A stretch of DNA of 64,000 nucleotides from Candidatus Bathyarchaeia archaeon (lineage in GTDB: Archaea > Thermoproteota > Bathyarchaeia > Bathyarchaeales > Bathycorpusculaceae): NCBI GenBank assembly GCA_049516875.1, contig JBEKSS010000007.1, positions 96,001 through 160,000 on the forward strand. Direction: 5' to 3'. Below the pieces are notes generated by a model. That model was not told where the DNA came from. It was given only the letters and a program-made list of their open reading frames with translations, and made no database searches. Positions 1 through 9,906 of this stretch are shown piece by piece. Made by a program: the position numbers and the translations under genes. Position 1 is the first letter of the stretch, and every line of letters begins with the position of its first letter.

Positions 1-156
1 CTATCAAAAGTCTATGCCATCCAAATGGAATACCATCACGGAAGGTCTGCTCAGTTGATAGCTACACTCAGAAACAAAGGCTTCCTAACCAAAAGCGAGC
101 ACACTGAAAACAGGTCAGACCTAGGCGAAATTGGACACATTTGCGCTTGGAAGTGA
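1..156 (+). CDS. C-terminal end of a probable FkbM-family methyltransferase (partial, runs off the window)
   Basis: Frame 1 reads LSKVYAIQMEYHHG...LRNKGF...GEIGHICAWK*, resembling FkbM C-termini (IxMEYH...L...GF...GxIxAW). It borders a glycosyltransferase cluster. Confidence 0.5.
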   Translation, partial: LSKVYAIQMEYHHGRSAQLIATLRNKGFLTKSEHTENRSDLGEIGHICAWK

Positions 157-376
157 ACTTCAGATAATTAAACAAGGCAACCGTCAAATAGGCTTTCTGT
201 ACAGTCTAACTCGTTCAATTTAGTCACGTTTCCGAAGCCTCCGCAATCAACAAGTAAGCTTCAGCCAAGTTCTCAGCGCCTTACACAGATAATTCTCCAT
301 TCGAAATGGGAGTGGTTTAAAGCAATCTGGTGGGGATGTATAGGTTTAGACTCTCTTTTAATTCTTACAAAGCTTC

Positions 377-398
377 GGCGGACCAAGGGGGACTTGAA
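377..398 (-). other. tRNA 3'-end fragment (Arg-like), possible att scar
   Basis: Minus strand TTCAAGT-CCCCC-TTGGTCC-G-CC reads as T-loop, T-stem, acceptor strand, G discriminator and CC. No 5' half is present. Confidence 0.5.
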
Positions 399-426
399 AC
401 TACTTTGAAAGTAGTTTGAAACTAGC
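394..426. repeat. Three 11-bp tandem units containing a perfect palindrome
   Basis: TTGAAACTACT-TTGAAAGTAGT-TTGAAACTAGC; inverted repeat AAACTACTTT-G-AAAGTAGTTT at 397-417. Confidence 0.75.
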
Positions 427-498
427 GCGCATGTGTATTTCTAAATTCCTCTCTTGGCTGCAACAAAGTTGGGCGGCAGAGGGCACGCTTTCGCCGTG

Positions 499-566
499 TT
501 GTATCATATTTGTATCATACGGTAGACCCGGGGTAGGGTGTGTCAGCACACAAGCCTAGACCCGGG
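499..566. repeat. Short direct repeats and a hairpin
   Basis: TTGTATCATA x2 (499, 510), TAGACCCGGG x2 (523, 557), GTGTG-TCAG-CACAC hairpin (538-551). Confidence 0.6.
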
Positions 567-908
567 TAACCTCTGGTGACGCACTAGTGCATCATCCAAA
601 ACCATGATTTCCAACCCGCAACAGCCCAAGGCCTCGCATCATCCTGACAACGGTTTTCACACTCTGGACACGCAGCCGCCAAAGAACGGAAACGAAGAAG
701 CAAACACATCCAACCCACAAACGAATTTAGGAACAGGCATGCGCGCGTTTGGGCCGTATTCAAAAGGTCTTGGGCACTGTGGCTTATTATTAGCATTTTT
801 GAGCAGAAAAGAACTAAGGAGGATCGGCAATCTAATTCGTCGCGCGCGCTCAAATCCATAGAAGTCAAATCGAAACAGGAAACGTGAAACACATCTAGAC
901 AATCTTGG

Positions 909-1748
909 TTACAAGTCTAGCTTGGAATAAACTACGCCCGAAGTCGTCGCAGAATATTCTAGAATTTTCAAGAGAGTTACGCCGAAGGCTAGCTTTGGTC
1001 TTCTCAAAAATCTTCTCCAGTTTTTCATGAAAAGTGCAGACCTGAACCATACGCTCGTTTGCACGATTGAATAATCGCCATACTTGCGCCTGTACAAATG
1101 AACGGTTTTCCCATAGTAGAACTTCTTCCTAAGCCATGTCATAAGTGAGAAATCTTCTTCATGATGAAGTATCACGGCTTTAATCCGTGGAAATATGCCG
1201 TGCTTCTCTCTTTGAATCTTATAGGGTAAAGTGGATTCCTCAAAAAAAGTCAGTCCTTCTTCGAACCCTCCGACTTCTTTGGCAAGCTTTGCTGGAAAGA
1301 ATCTTGCAGATTCAACGATAGATCCAGGGTAAAAGCTTCTTTCAAAGTCGCGGGCTTTCACCCAAAAGCTACTCCCGACAGAGCGTTCAGGTATCACAAT
1401 GCCTCCTATGTATGGCGATCTCTGAGCAAGTTCAACGCACTCGCCTATTACGTTGCGAATGAGTTCCATGTCTGAATCAACAAAGAGCAGATATTCTCCT
1501 AACGAACGTCTCATTCCTTCGTTCTTTGCTTCAGCTCTTCCTCTCTTGGGATTTCTTATTACATTACATTCATATTTTTCGGCAATTTCAAGAGTAGTGT
1601 CTGTCGAACCATCATCGGCAACAATGACTTCTACCTTTTTCCAGGTCTGTCTTTTCAATGATTCAAAACATTTCACCAAAAATCTTTCAGAGTTATAAGT
1701 TGGAATTATGACAGAAACGAGTGGTTGTTCCATTCCGTTCTTCTGCAT
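909..1748 (-). CDS. Glycosyltransferase family 2
   Basis: VSVIIPTYN, DDGSTD and FVDSD (DxD) motifs. Confidence 0.92.
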   Translation of the reverse strand: MQKNGMEQPLVSVIIPTYNSERFLVKCFESLKRQTWKKVEVIVADDGSTDTTLEIAEKYECNVIRNPKRGRAEAKNEGMRRSLGEYLLFVDSDMELIRNVIGECVELAQRSPYIGGIVIPERSVGSSFWVKARDFERSFYPGSIVESARFFPAKLAKEVGGFEEGLTFFEESTLPYKIQREKHGIFPRIKAVILHHEEDFSLMTWLRKKFYYGKTVHLYRRKYGDYSIVQTSVWFRSALFMKNWRRFLRRPKLAFGVTLLKILEYSATTSGVVYSKLDL

Positions 1749-1759
1749 TCGAACTCACT

Positions 1760-2851
1760 TTAAGCGGCTTTGATAACATTCAGGAACTCGTCAGCTACTT
1801 TATCCCAACTAAAACCCCTAGAATATGCCAAGGCCTTTTCTGAAAGCCTGACCCTTAAAACGTCACTCTCCAAAACCTGAAAGATTGCTTCCCCCAAGGC
1901 ATCTACATCGCCAGATTTAACTAGAAGCCCTGTTTCGTCACTAATGACAGCGTCTCTCAGACCCGCAACATCATAAGCAACGCATGGTACGCCCAAAGCG
2001 TTTGCTTCAACTACATTCAAACCGAAACCTTCCCTAACACTCGGATTAACCAAAACCCAAGCCTTCTTAATAAGCTCCCTTCTTTCTTCATTAGAAACAG
2101 AGCCGAGAAACCTAACGCCTTCAACGGCAATTCTCATCAACTTTCCGCTGAAGTAGCCATCTCCAATTATCCATAGCTCTGCATCAGGAACTTTGCTCTT
2201 AACAATCTTGAACGCTTCGATTGCCTGGTCAGGCCTCTTTGCCTTATTCAACCTGCCCGCAAAGACTATGACAGGAAAATGCTCTTTCTCTCCCAATTTC
2301 TCTAAAGGCTTGAAATTCAAGCCTTCACCGACGACAAAAACCTTTTTGAACCCTAAGTCAACCAAATCTTTTCTGCTGCTCTCTGAAACAGTCACCGTTG
2401 GAATCGATTTGTAATTTTTTAGCCACCTCTCTTCAAGAAAATAGTATCCCAAGTAGTCTATTGGAAACGGGGTTTCATAAAACCAGTATTCCCTTGCTAA
2501 TTGATGTATCAGCGCAAAGATTTTTTCGCCGTTCTTGACAAACTTCGGCGTAAAGAAGGGCACAGTGTTAATCTCGTCAATGACGATTTCATACCCTTCT
2601 TTTGAGAAGAACTTTCTGTAGTATTCTCTAGCTTTCAAATACGCAGAATATCTTCCGCCTTCCCTGACAATTCTTACTCCATCAACGACCTCTTCGGCTT
2701 TACAATTCTTAAACCTGGAAGTGAACAAAGTTGCTTCGTGTCCAGTTTCAACCCACCTCCTCAGAATTTCGTGGGTGAAAACTTCAGCTCCTCCCATTTC
2801 AGGATTCAACCAACAGCGCCAGTTAAACATCAGAATCTTGAGCTTTTCCAT
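1760..2851 (-). CDS. Glycosyltransferase family 4
   Basis: GGAE N-terminal motif, FAGRL..KR, EGFGLNVVEA (ExFG-x4-E). Start placed at MEKLKIL. Confidence 0.93.
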   Translation of the reverse strand: MEKLKILMFNWRCWLNPEMGGAEVFTHEILRRWVETGHEATLFTSRFKNCKAEEVVDGVRIVREGGRYSAYLKAREYYRKFFSKEGYEIVIDEINTVPFFTPKFVKNGEKIFALIHQLAREYWFYETPFPIDYLGYYFLEERWLKNYKSIPTVTVSESSRKDLVDLGFKKVFVVGEGLNFKPLEKLGEKEHFPVIVFAGRLNKAKRPDQAIEAFKIVKSKVPDAELWIIGDGYFSGKLMRIAVEGVRFLGSVSNEERRELIKKAWVLVNPSVREGFGLNVVEANALGVPCVAYDVAGLRDAVISDETGLLVKSGDVDALGEAIFQVLESDVLRVRLSEKALAYSRGFSWDKVADEFLNVIKAA

Positions 2852-2903
2852 TACGTTTCTCCCACAGCGAATCACCGCGCAGCACTTTTCAAAAACGCTT
2901 GTG

Positions 2904-3614
2904 CTAGCCACGCTGATAATACTTCAAAACTCTCAGTCTGTACGCAATTCCAAACATGTCCACGGTCATTCGAAAGATTTCCCTAAAACTGATCATGCTC
3001 CTAATGCAGACATCAACAGGCAGATCAACAATCCTGTAGCCAGCGTGGTTACACGCGCCTATCAGTTCTAAATCAAAAGCGTACCGCTTTACAACAAACT
3101 TTGGGGCCATTCTCTCCAGAACTTCTCTTCTGAAGGCTTTCAGCCCGGTTTGAGTGTCCGTCAGTTTTATTCCAGTGAGCAGCCTGGACAACGCGTTGAA
3201 ACCGAAACTCAGTATCTTCCTTCTCAACGTAACCGTTGTACGTGACTGAGGATGCCACTTTGAAGCAACCGCAATGTCGTTCGTTTTCAAAGCCTCAACG
3301 TAATTGGGAATAAACGTTGGATCAACATCCAAATCACCGTCTATAACGACGATGGAATCACCTTGTGAGTGTGCAAACCCCATCTTTATGGCATTTCCCT
3401 TGCCCATGTTCTTGTCATAGCCAACAACTTTCAAGCAACCATTGCTTTTCTCGCTGATGTGGTTGACCGCTTTCTGCCTTGTATCGTCTAAGCTTCCATC
3501 ATCGACGACCACAATTTCATAGTTCCAACCAGTCGCACTCATAACGCAGTCAACTTTGTCAATAGTGTCTTCAATGACTTTTCCTTCGTTGTAAGCGCAT
3601 ATAACCACTGACAC
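2904..3614 (-). CDS. GT2, dolichol-phosphate sugar synthase-like
   Basis: VVICAYNE, DDGSLD, NMGKG, IDGD, DTQTGLKAF and FDLE motifs. Confidence 0.9.
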   Translation of the reverse strand: MSVVICAYNEGKVIEDTIDKVDCVMSATGWNYEIVVVDDGSLDDTRQKAVNHISEKSNGCLKVVGYDKNMGKGNAIKMGFAHSQGDSIVVIDGDLDVDPTFIPNYVEALKTNDIAVASKWHPQSRTTVTLRRKILSFGFNALSRLLTGIKLTDTQTGLKAFRREVLERMAPKFVVKRYAFDLELIGACNHAGYRIVDLPVDVCIRSMISFREIFRMTVDMFGIAYRLRVLKYYQRG

Positions 3615-3632
3615 ATCAATCTTGTCTTCCAG

Positions 3633-3851
3633 CTAAGCTCGCCCTCCAAGTGCTTTCTCTCTAATGAAGCCTACCGCTTGCAAAACAACGCCAACAACCA
3701 AAAAACCATAACCAAGGACCGCCACGTCATCCACTATCGGGCTTCCTTGAATCAGCAGAAAAGCAGAAGTCAAAACAAGCGCTTGGAAAACAATGACAAA
3801 GAGTGCCCCAGGATTCCCAGCGAAGTACTTCTTGACCTTGGCTAACTTCAT
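3633..3851 (-). CDS. Small two-TM membrane protein
   Basis: Two hydrophobic helices; first gene of the co-oriented GT operon. Confidence 0.7.
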   Translation of the reverse strand: MKLAKVKKYFAGNPGALFVIVFQALVLTSAFLLIQGSPIVDDVAVLGYGFLVVGVVLQAVGFIREKALGGRA

Positions 3852-4217
3852 CCTTCTACCCTCTCGTAAACAAGCATTAATTCAACATCATTTGGCTACA
3901 GATTTAAAACCCAAAACATATAAGACTTGTCCCCTCCGCGCGCGCCAACCTTTCCTGCAACAGTGCCAAGACACAAAAAAGAAGTCAGTATCTCGTCCTA
4001 AGCATTGGTGCGTCTTTCTAATGGCTGGTCAGAAGCAGGTTTCAACCAAGAAACGTCATCTTCTGATTGTGGCTGGGTGCTTTCTATTTCCTGCTTATAC
4101 CCGTTATTGATTTAATGCCTTACTAGAGTCTCGCTGGTAGAAGCCCGCGATCTATATTGGAACCATTTTAGTTAATCACAAACGCGTGCTCGTACGGTGC
4201 TTTTCTCAACTTCATTA

Positions 4218-4240
4218 TGGCGGGCGTCAAAGGGCTTGAA
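4218..4240 (-). other. Second tRNA 3'-end-like fragment with CCA
   Basis: Minus strand TTCAAGC-CCTTT-GACGCCC-G-CCA; no matching 5' half upstream. Confidence 0.35.
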
Positions 4241-4736
4241 GAACTCAGACTAGGAGCTGACGGCGCCAGTGGTAGCAGAGTGCGTTGAAACGTGTCTTGT
4301 GGAGGCTGTAAAAGCCGCAATTATTCCAGAAGAATCGGTCACCAGAGGTTTTCTTTCAGAATGTCAAAAGATAGAAAAAGTATGCATGCTAGAGACAGAT
4401 TATCCGAAGCTCCTAGATTCTTCAAGAGAAGCGTCTTCCAGAAACTCGAATCGATCGATCCCAGTGCAAATTGCTCTGCTGAAGAAGGTCGGGCGTGTAG
4501 GTTATTATATAGGTTCCGAAAGCATAAGTTAAATATTTTATATCGCGCGCATGCTTGTTCCCAAATTCTTTGCGAGGTGGCTTGTGCCATTGACTTTGCT
4601 TGATCTGTGGATGACGATGTGACGCGGGATATTGGAAGCATCGTCTAGAAGGCGTGAATCAACTCGGTCATACTTGAAAAAGGGAATTTAGGAACACCCT
4701 AGCGCGCTACAATGATAACAATGGCAAATAATAATG

Positions 4737-5522
4737 TTACTTACTTCTAGCCTTAATATGGACTGTGATAGAGTTGCTAAAAGGCTTGAAGAACTTCATC
4801 AGAAGACAATAAATCAATAGGTAAGCTTTAGTAACGACCAGGTTGTTTTCATGCTTTGAAAATATCTTCGGGACATACGTCCATTGCCTTTTAAATGCTA
4901 CAATATACCCTTCTTTCTTAACGCCAGCTTTCAAATCCTTCAAACCAAAACGATGAGGTCTATCTCCAGAAGGTTCTCCTTCCTTAAACATCGACTCCTT
5001 CAGTACGTTAACTGTCAGAAATTCGATGGGCTTTGGAAGATTAGCCGGCTCGTCGCCTAACGTGAAAAAATTAGACACTCTTAAGGCTTCACGTATTCCA
5101 TCATAAGGCTCAGGGATATGATGCAACGCCTCATAGGTGAAGGCAGAGTCAAAGACGCGGTCTCGGAAGGGCAGGTTCTCTGCATCCCCACGGACTACGT
5201 CACCCTCTATGCCCTCACGCCTAGTACGGGCTAACGCAATCCGGCAGAAACTAGGTGAAAGCTCTACTCCCACATACTTCCCCCCTTTCTCAGCAACAAG
5301 TTTGGCAAACCACCCTCCGCCACAACAGATATCAAGAACCCTTTTACCCTCCACATTACCCATCATGCCCAAAACGACCCGTGCATTATTCAAATGAACT
5401 ATGGTCCATAGGACACCTAATGAAGCAGGCTTCTCCAGCTCCTTAGCGTAATTTTCGCATTTGGAGAGTACCCTTTCCCAAGCATGAATCTCCTTGACCT
5501 TTTGTTCAACGGATTTACTCAA
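4737..5522 (-). CDS. Class I SAM-dependent methyltransferase
   Basis: VLDICCGGG motif I, GDAENLPF..FD, ALHHI. Confidence 0.9.
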   Translation of the reverse strand: MSKSVEQKVKEIHAWERVLSKCENYAKELEKPASLGVLWTIVHLNNARVVLGMMGNVEGKRVLDICCGGGWFAKLVAEKGGKYVGVELSPSFCRIALARTRREGIEGDVVRGDAENLPFRDRVFDSAFTYEALHHIPEPYDGIREALRVSNFFTLGDEPANLPKPIEFLTVNVLKESMFKEGEPSGDRPHRFGLKDLKAGVKKEGYIVAFKRQWTYVPKIFSKHENNLVVTKAYLLIYCLLMKFFKPFSNSITVHIKARSK

Positions 5523-5546
5523 GGTACAGCCTCACCATCGGGAATA

Positions 5547-6722
5547 TTACCTCTTTGCGGGGGCCAGTACATCCCGGAAGACACAATATACTTCTTTTGC
5601 ATATTTTTCCCAAGTCAAGTTTTCCCGTACATACTGCCGTCCTCTACTCACCATGTCCTCCACAAGCTCAGGATGTTTTAAGGTAAAGGTCACGGCGTCC
5701 ACCATGTCTTCAACTTTGGGATTGATGAGAAAACCTATCTTCTCCCGTCTCATGACCTCGGAGGCTCCGCAACCTATAGATACTATGGAGAGCTTTCCAG
5801 CCACCAATGCTTCAAAAGGAACCAAACCCCAAGTCTGATCCTTGACCGGGAAGAGATTAATATCACACGCATAATAGAGGCTGCGAAGTTCATTTTCGGA
5901 AACACTACCCGTGAAAATAACGTCCTTCTCCAAATTGAGCCTCTCAGCCTCCTTCTGTAAAATGGGTTTCCATGGGCCCTCGCCCACAATCATCAGTTTG
6001 CAATCTAAATGCTGATTCAGGCGCTTTAAAGCGCGGATGCTTAGAATATGGTTCTTCCTTTGGATCAAGCTGCCCACATGAAGCAGAAGAGTACAATCAC
6101 CCAGCCCCAGACGAGCTTTAGCATCAGGAACCTCTACACTAAAGAAGTCATAGTCTACGCCTGTATGAATAACCACAGCGTTTCTGCCATATCTCTCCTT
6201 AATAAGGCGACTGTTGAGCTCGGAACATGTGATGATAGGTTCAACACATCCATCAACTATACGCTTGTCAATCGCCTTAGCCAACCCAAGAGCGAACCGG
6301 AAAAAATAGCTTCTATCGTAAACATCCTTGGTTTGGCTGTAGGGTCCTAGAACCTCACTGCTCAACCAAACCACTGGCTTGCCAGTTCTTGCAAAGTAGG
6401 TCGCCCAATAAGAGGGGAAGTTGCAGGCGCTCACTAGGTCAAACCCATCAGAACACCTTCTGAGAAGTCTAACCAAAGAGGTAAACACGCCTAGCGTCGA
6501 CGTGAACACTGTACTAACGCCGTCTATAGCGGGCGGCGCGATCTGTTTCGCGGGCAAGAGATAATTCAGCTCCTTAAGATGAGATGGAAGTTTGCTTAAA
6601 TATAGGGAAAGCGTCGCTATGCTCGTGTCGCAGCCCATAGAGTTTAGGTGATAGGCGAGGTGTAGGACCGCCTTTTCAGCGCCGCCTGCAAAAACGTGAG
6701 GGGTAACAATCAAAACCTTCAA
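5547..6722 (-). CDS. Glycosyltransferase family 4
   Basis: GGAEK, HVGSLIQRKN, QTWGLVPFEA. Confidence 0.9.
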   Translation of the reverse strand: MKVLIVTPHVFAGGAEKAVLHLAYHLNSMGCDTSIATLSLYLSKLPSHLKELNYLLPAKQIAPPAIDGVSTVFTSTLGVFTSLVRLLRRCSDGFDLVSACNFPSYWATYFARTGKPVVWLSSEVLGPYSQTKDVYDRSYFFRFALGLAKAIDKRIVDGCVEPIITCSELNSRLIKERYGRNAVVIHTGVDYDFFSVEVPDAKARLGLGDCTLLLHVGSLIQRKNHILSIRALKRLNQHLDCKLMIVGEGPWKPILQKEAERLNLEKDVIFTGSVSENELRSLYYACDINLFPVKDQTWGLVPFEALVAGKLSIVSIGCGASEVMRREKIGFLINPKVEDMVDAVTFTLKHPELVEDMVSRGRQYVRENLTWEKYAKEVYCVFRDVLAPAKR

Positions 6723-9700
6723 TGTTCAGGTTTTCTCCTCGTAAATCGCTTGGGATACAGAAATCTCAACCCCAACGCCAACAAAACCGTACCAACAATG
6801 GCGACCTCAAATCCCTGTTCAACATATCCAAGGCCGAGGTACGTTAAAGTATACTGGCCAGATTCGTTGACTTTGAATAAGGTTCCGTAGTTGAAAATGC
6901 ATATTTGAGCAGATGCCCCGTCCGGACCGGAGAGTTTCCAGTAACCGTTGCCTGCCTCTAGAAAAGCAAGGTAACCTGCCTTCGCATTGATCACATACTC
7001 AGAGCTTGATCGCATACTGTAGCTGGGAATTTCGGAGCCACTCGAGCTGCGGAACGACGATCCAACATTATTCCCACAACTGCTCAGTGTGGCCATATTA
7101 AATCTCGCGTCTCCAGTTTCAGCTTCAATGCTTATATTATGATAACCCTGTGACAAGATTAGGGGTCCAATGTCAACCTCGGTGGAGAAGTTGCCAGTTC
7201 TTCGACTTAACTTTACATCTTTGACAAGATTGTCAACATGAACTTTGACGGCTACGTCTTCATTAGGACTTTGGAACGTTAGGTTCAACATGTATGTGTT
7301 GTCATTAAACGCGTAGAATTTGGTTTCGACACTTGAGTTTGAAAGATCAATAAGCCTTCCATCGCTAGCCTCAGGATTTACGGTTAAAGCCGTTGAATTA
7401 TAATTCCATGCGTGGTCGTCAAAGAGGTAAACTATTTGTGCAGCGGACCCTTGAAGCAGGTTGGAAACGTTTTGCTCTACCTCATTAACGGTTTTCTCAG
7501 GAACTATTGCTATCTTTGAAATTGCGGCAGGACCGCCCAAATCGGAAATTTGGAGTTCACTTTGACGATTAAGGCTTGAGTTGCCGACATTTAACCACTC
7601 GTAGGAGCCGTCACTTGAACGTGTGGGGATAAAGACATAATCTGTAGCACTGCCTATTTTGAACCTTATACCTTGCGAGCCCGGCAGTCCATCATAGACT
7701 TGAGCAAGGATTCGATAATCACCTGATTCTTTAACGTTAAGAGGAATGGTAATACTGTTCGTGCCTGCCGTGTAGATATATCCATCTGGACTCACGTTTA
7801 GGCTACCGTTGAAAAGGTACCACACCAGATCTCCGCTAACCCACTGGTCCGTTGGGTTTGTTGAAACAGGGGCGTAGTCCCACGACTTTACGATATAGTT
7901 CTCACCTAGAGACGAAACAAGTAGACTCCAGTAGGGATCGCCTTGGAAGAAAATGTATTGTGAGCCATTGATCAAGGAGTCGGTCAAGCCAACGTTGTCG
8001 TCTAGGAAGGCGGCTGGGTATTGGTTAAAGTTAAAATTCATATTAGTTATGGATATTAATGATCCTCTGTCGCCTACGATAAGTGAAAGTCCATTAGCCT
8101 GATAGATGTTGGGGAGTTGGTTGGTGTTTTCGTAGACGAGAAGAGATGTAAAATTCTTTTCGAGTATGAGGCCATCCTGGTTTCCCCAGGCTGTAAGCGT
8201 ATTTGACAGAGTGAAAGCTGACAAGTCGCTACGGTCAGTGGGCATGTCAGCATCGAGCCTCAGTATGAGGTACTTTACGCCCAAGACGCTCAGGAGCTTA
8301 CCCCAATCGTTTGTTCGATTTGAGTAAAGCGTCGTGTAGGCCCAGCGAGTGAGGCTTGCCGATTGTGTTAGGTCTTCCTCGCTTTTTATCACTAGGGTAG
8401 GCTTGGCTTCGAGGGCCACAAGGGGGTCCTGGAACCATATAGGGGCCCAAGTGTAGGTGGTAGCCCAAACAGTTGGGGGGAAAAAGGCTATTCTAAAGTC
8501 GCCATTTTGAGATGTAAGCCAGCTGTCGAGTTCTTGGTAGGCTGCGGGGATTTGAACGGTACCTACAGTGCCAGCTATGTCTCCTGTAAGAAACTGCCAT
8601 GAAGACGCCAGAACAATTATCGAGATAAGCACTAGTGGCAGAGCTTTGCGTACAGTTGAGGAGCTTTTTGCTACGCAATGCTTGAACCCCTCCGCCGTCA
8701 ACCCGAGAAAGAAAGCCAGGGAGAGAGCTGAAAGCATGAAAAACTTATCCGCCTCTCTGAACATGCTGAAACCGGGAACATTATTAAAAAGCCAATAATA
8801 GATCGGTGTGAAAGGTTCAACTACCAATAAGGCGACGAAAAGGCTCAAGAATCCGAGTACAGCAAAGAAGAGAATCTGCTGACGTTCCGTCCTAATCAGG
8901 AATGAGGATGAATCCCCAGTCAAACCACTCTTCCACCACTGATGTAACTCGGTTGGCCCACTCTTGTTACGCAAGTGGAGTATTGAGAGTGCTAAAACCA
9001 TGAAGGCAACCAGTGCTGCTTGTGGAATTATCAATCCCGTAACGTCCGAAGGAGAAACAAATGCAGCAGCTTCCTCAGCCCTTGTTGAGTACACCGGAAG
9101 ATTCACCATTGCCAGTTGATAGAAGAAGGGAAAGGCCGCCACAAATGCAACGACTAATATGAGGCAAACTTGGACCCCTCTCATCATGATCCTCTTGGAT
9201 ATGCCAGTCCTTCCTGAAAATGCCAGGTCGAAGATCGCATACAACAGGGCAAACAAGATAAACATGTAGGCCACTTGAGGGCTGGCGTAAATCATCAAAG
9301 CTACAAGCAACCCACAAACTAACAAGCGTGTTCTGCCACCCTCCTTCATCACCTTAAGGAAAGAGAGGACGGCAAAGGGCAGAACCATATAGGCTAGCAG
9401 GATCGTGTTATGACCATACTCCCATCTTGCAAACGTAAAAGGGTTAAACATCATGCAGAGACCTGCTACGAAGCCTGCCGTCCTAGATCTAATTAGATAC
9501 TTGAAGACTAGATAAAAGCCGAACCCACCCAGCGCCATCAGAAGAACCAACAGAACCTTTTGGGCGAAAGCAACAGATCCAAAAGCTAGAGACAACCCAA
9601 TTAGAGGGAGATTATACACAGAATTCCCAACCAATCCAGTAAGAGGCGAGCCAAGATTATCCTTGTAATCCCATGGAAAATCGTAAGGACGGAACAGCTG

Positions 9701-9862
9701 ATCTAGCCTGTAAATGGGCGAGAGATCATGGAAGGCAACAGGATAGCTAGTGGCAAAAAAGTCTCTGAGACTAAACACTGCGATTACGAGGAAACCTACG
9801 AGAATTAGCAAGTCTACCTTGTGGTCACGCGTAATTCGAAAGTGTTCCATCATTGTATACAT
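6719..9862 (-). CDS. Large polytopic membrane protein, GT-C-like (AftD/YfhO type), with beta-rich extracellular domains and a C-terminal TM anchor
   Basis: About 12 N-terminal TM segments, an acidic first loop (FHDLSP), PGFSMFRE..KF, LGVKYLIL, a long beta-rich region, then TM plus basic tail. Confidence 0.7.
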   Translation of the reverse strand: MYTMMEHFRITRDHKVDLLILVGFLVIAVFSLRDFFATSYPVAFHDLSPIYRLDQLFRPYDFPWDYKDNLGSPLTGLVGNSVYNLPLIGLSLAFGSVAFAQKVLLVLLMALGGFGFYLVFKYLIRSRTAGFVAGLCMMFNPFTFARWEYGHNTILLAYMVLPFAVLSFLKVMKEGGRTRLLVCGLLVALMIYASPQVAYMFILFALLYAIFDLAFSGRTGISKRIMMRGVQVCLILVVAFVAAFPFFYQLAMVNLPVYSTRAEEAAAFVSPSDVTGLIIPQAALVAFMVLALSILHLRNKSGPTELHQWWKSGLTGDSSSFLIRTERQQILFFAVLGFLSLFVALLVVEPFTPIYYWLFNNVPGFSMFREADKFFMLSALSLAFFLGLTAEGFKHCVAKSSSTVRKALPLVLISIIVLASSWQFLTGDIAGTVGTVQIPAAYQELDSWLTSQNGDFRIAFFPPTVWATTYTWAPIWFQDPLVALEAKPTLVIKSEEDLTQSASLTRWAYTTLYSNRTNDWGKLLSVLGVKYLILRLDADMPTDRSDLSAFTLSNTLTAWGNQDGLILEKNFTSLLVYENTNQLPNIYQANGLSLIVGDRGSLISITNMNFNFNQYPAAFLDDNVGLTDSLINGSQYIFFQGDPYWSLLVSSLGENYIVKSWDYAPVSTNPTDQWVSGDLVWYLFNGSLNVSPDGYIYTAGTNSITIPLNVKESGDYRILAQVYDGLPGSQGIRFKIGSATDYVFIPTRSSDGSYEWLNVGNSSLNRQSELQISDLGGPAAISKIAIVPEKTVNEVEQNVSNLLQGSAAQIVYLFDDHAWNYNSTALTVNPEASDGRLIDLSNSSVETKFYAFNDNTYMLNLTFQSPNEDVAVKVHVDNLVKDVKLSRRTGNFSTEVDIGPLILSQGYHNISIEAETGDARFNMATLSSCGNNVGSSFRSSSGSEIPSYSMRSSSEYVINAKAGYLAFLEAGNGYWKLSGPDGASAQICIFNYGTLFKVNESGQYTLTYLGLGYVEQGFEVAIVGTVLLALGLRFLYPKRFTRRKPEH

Positions 9863-9906
9863 GCACGCTCGCAGGTGAAAAGGGGCAAAAGATCAACAAG
9901 CATTAA

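Noticed and set aside
584-902. Overlapping short ORFs
   Set aside because: No recognisable motif and mutually overlapping; probably decayed or non-coding.
4269-4641. Short ORFs, possible HTH gene remnant
   Set aside because: Similarity is too weak to name.
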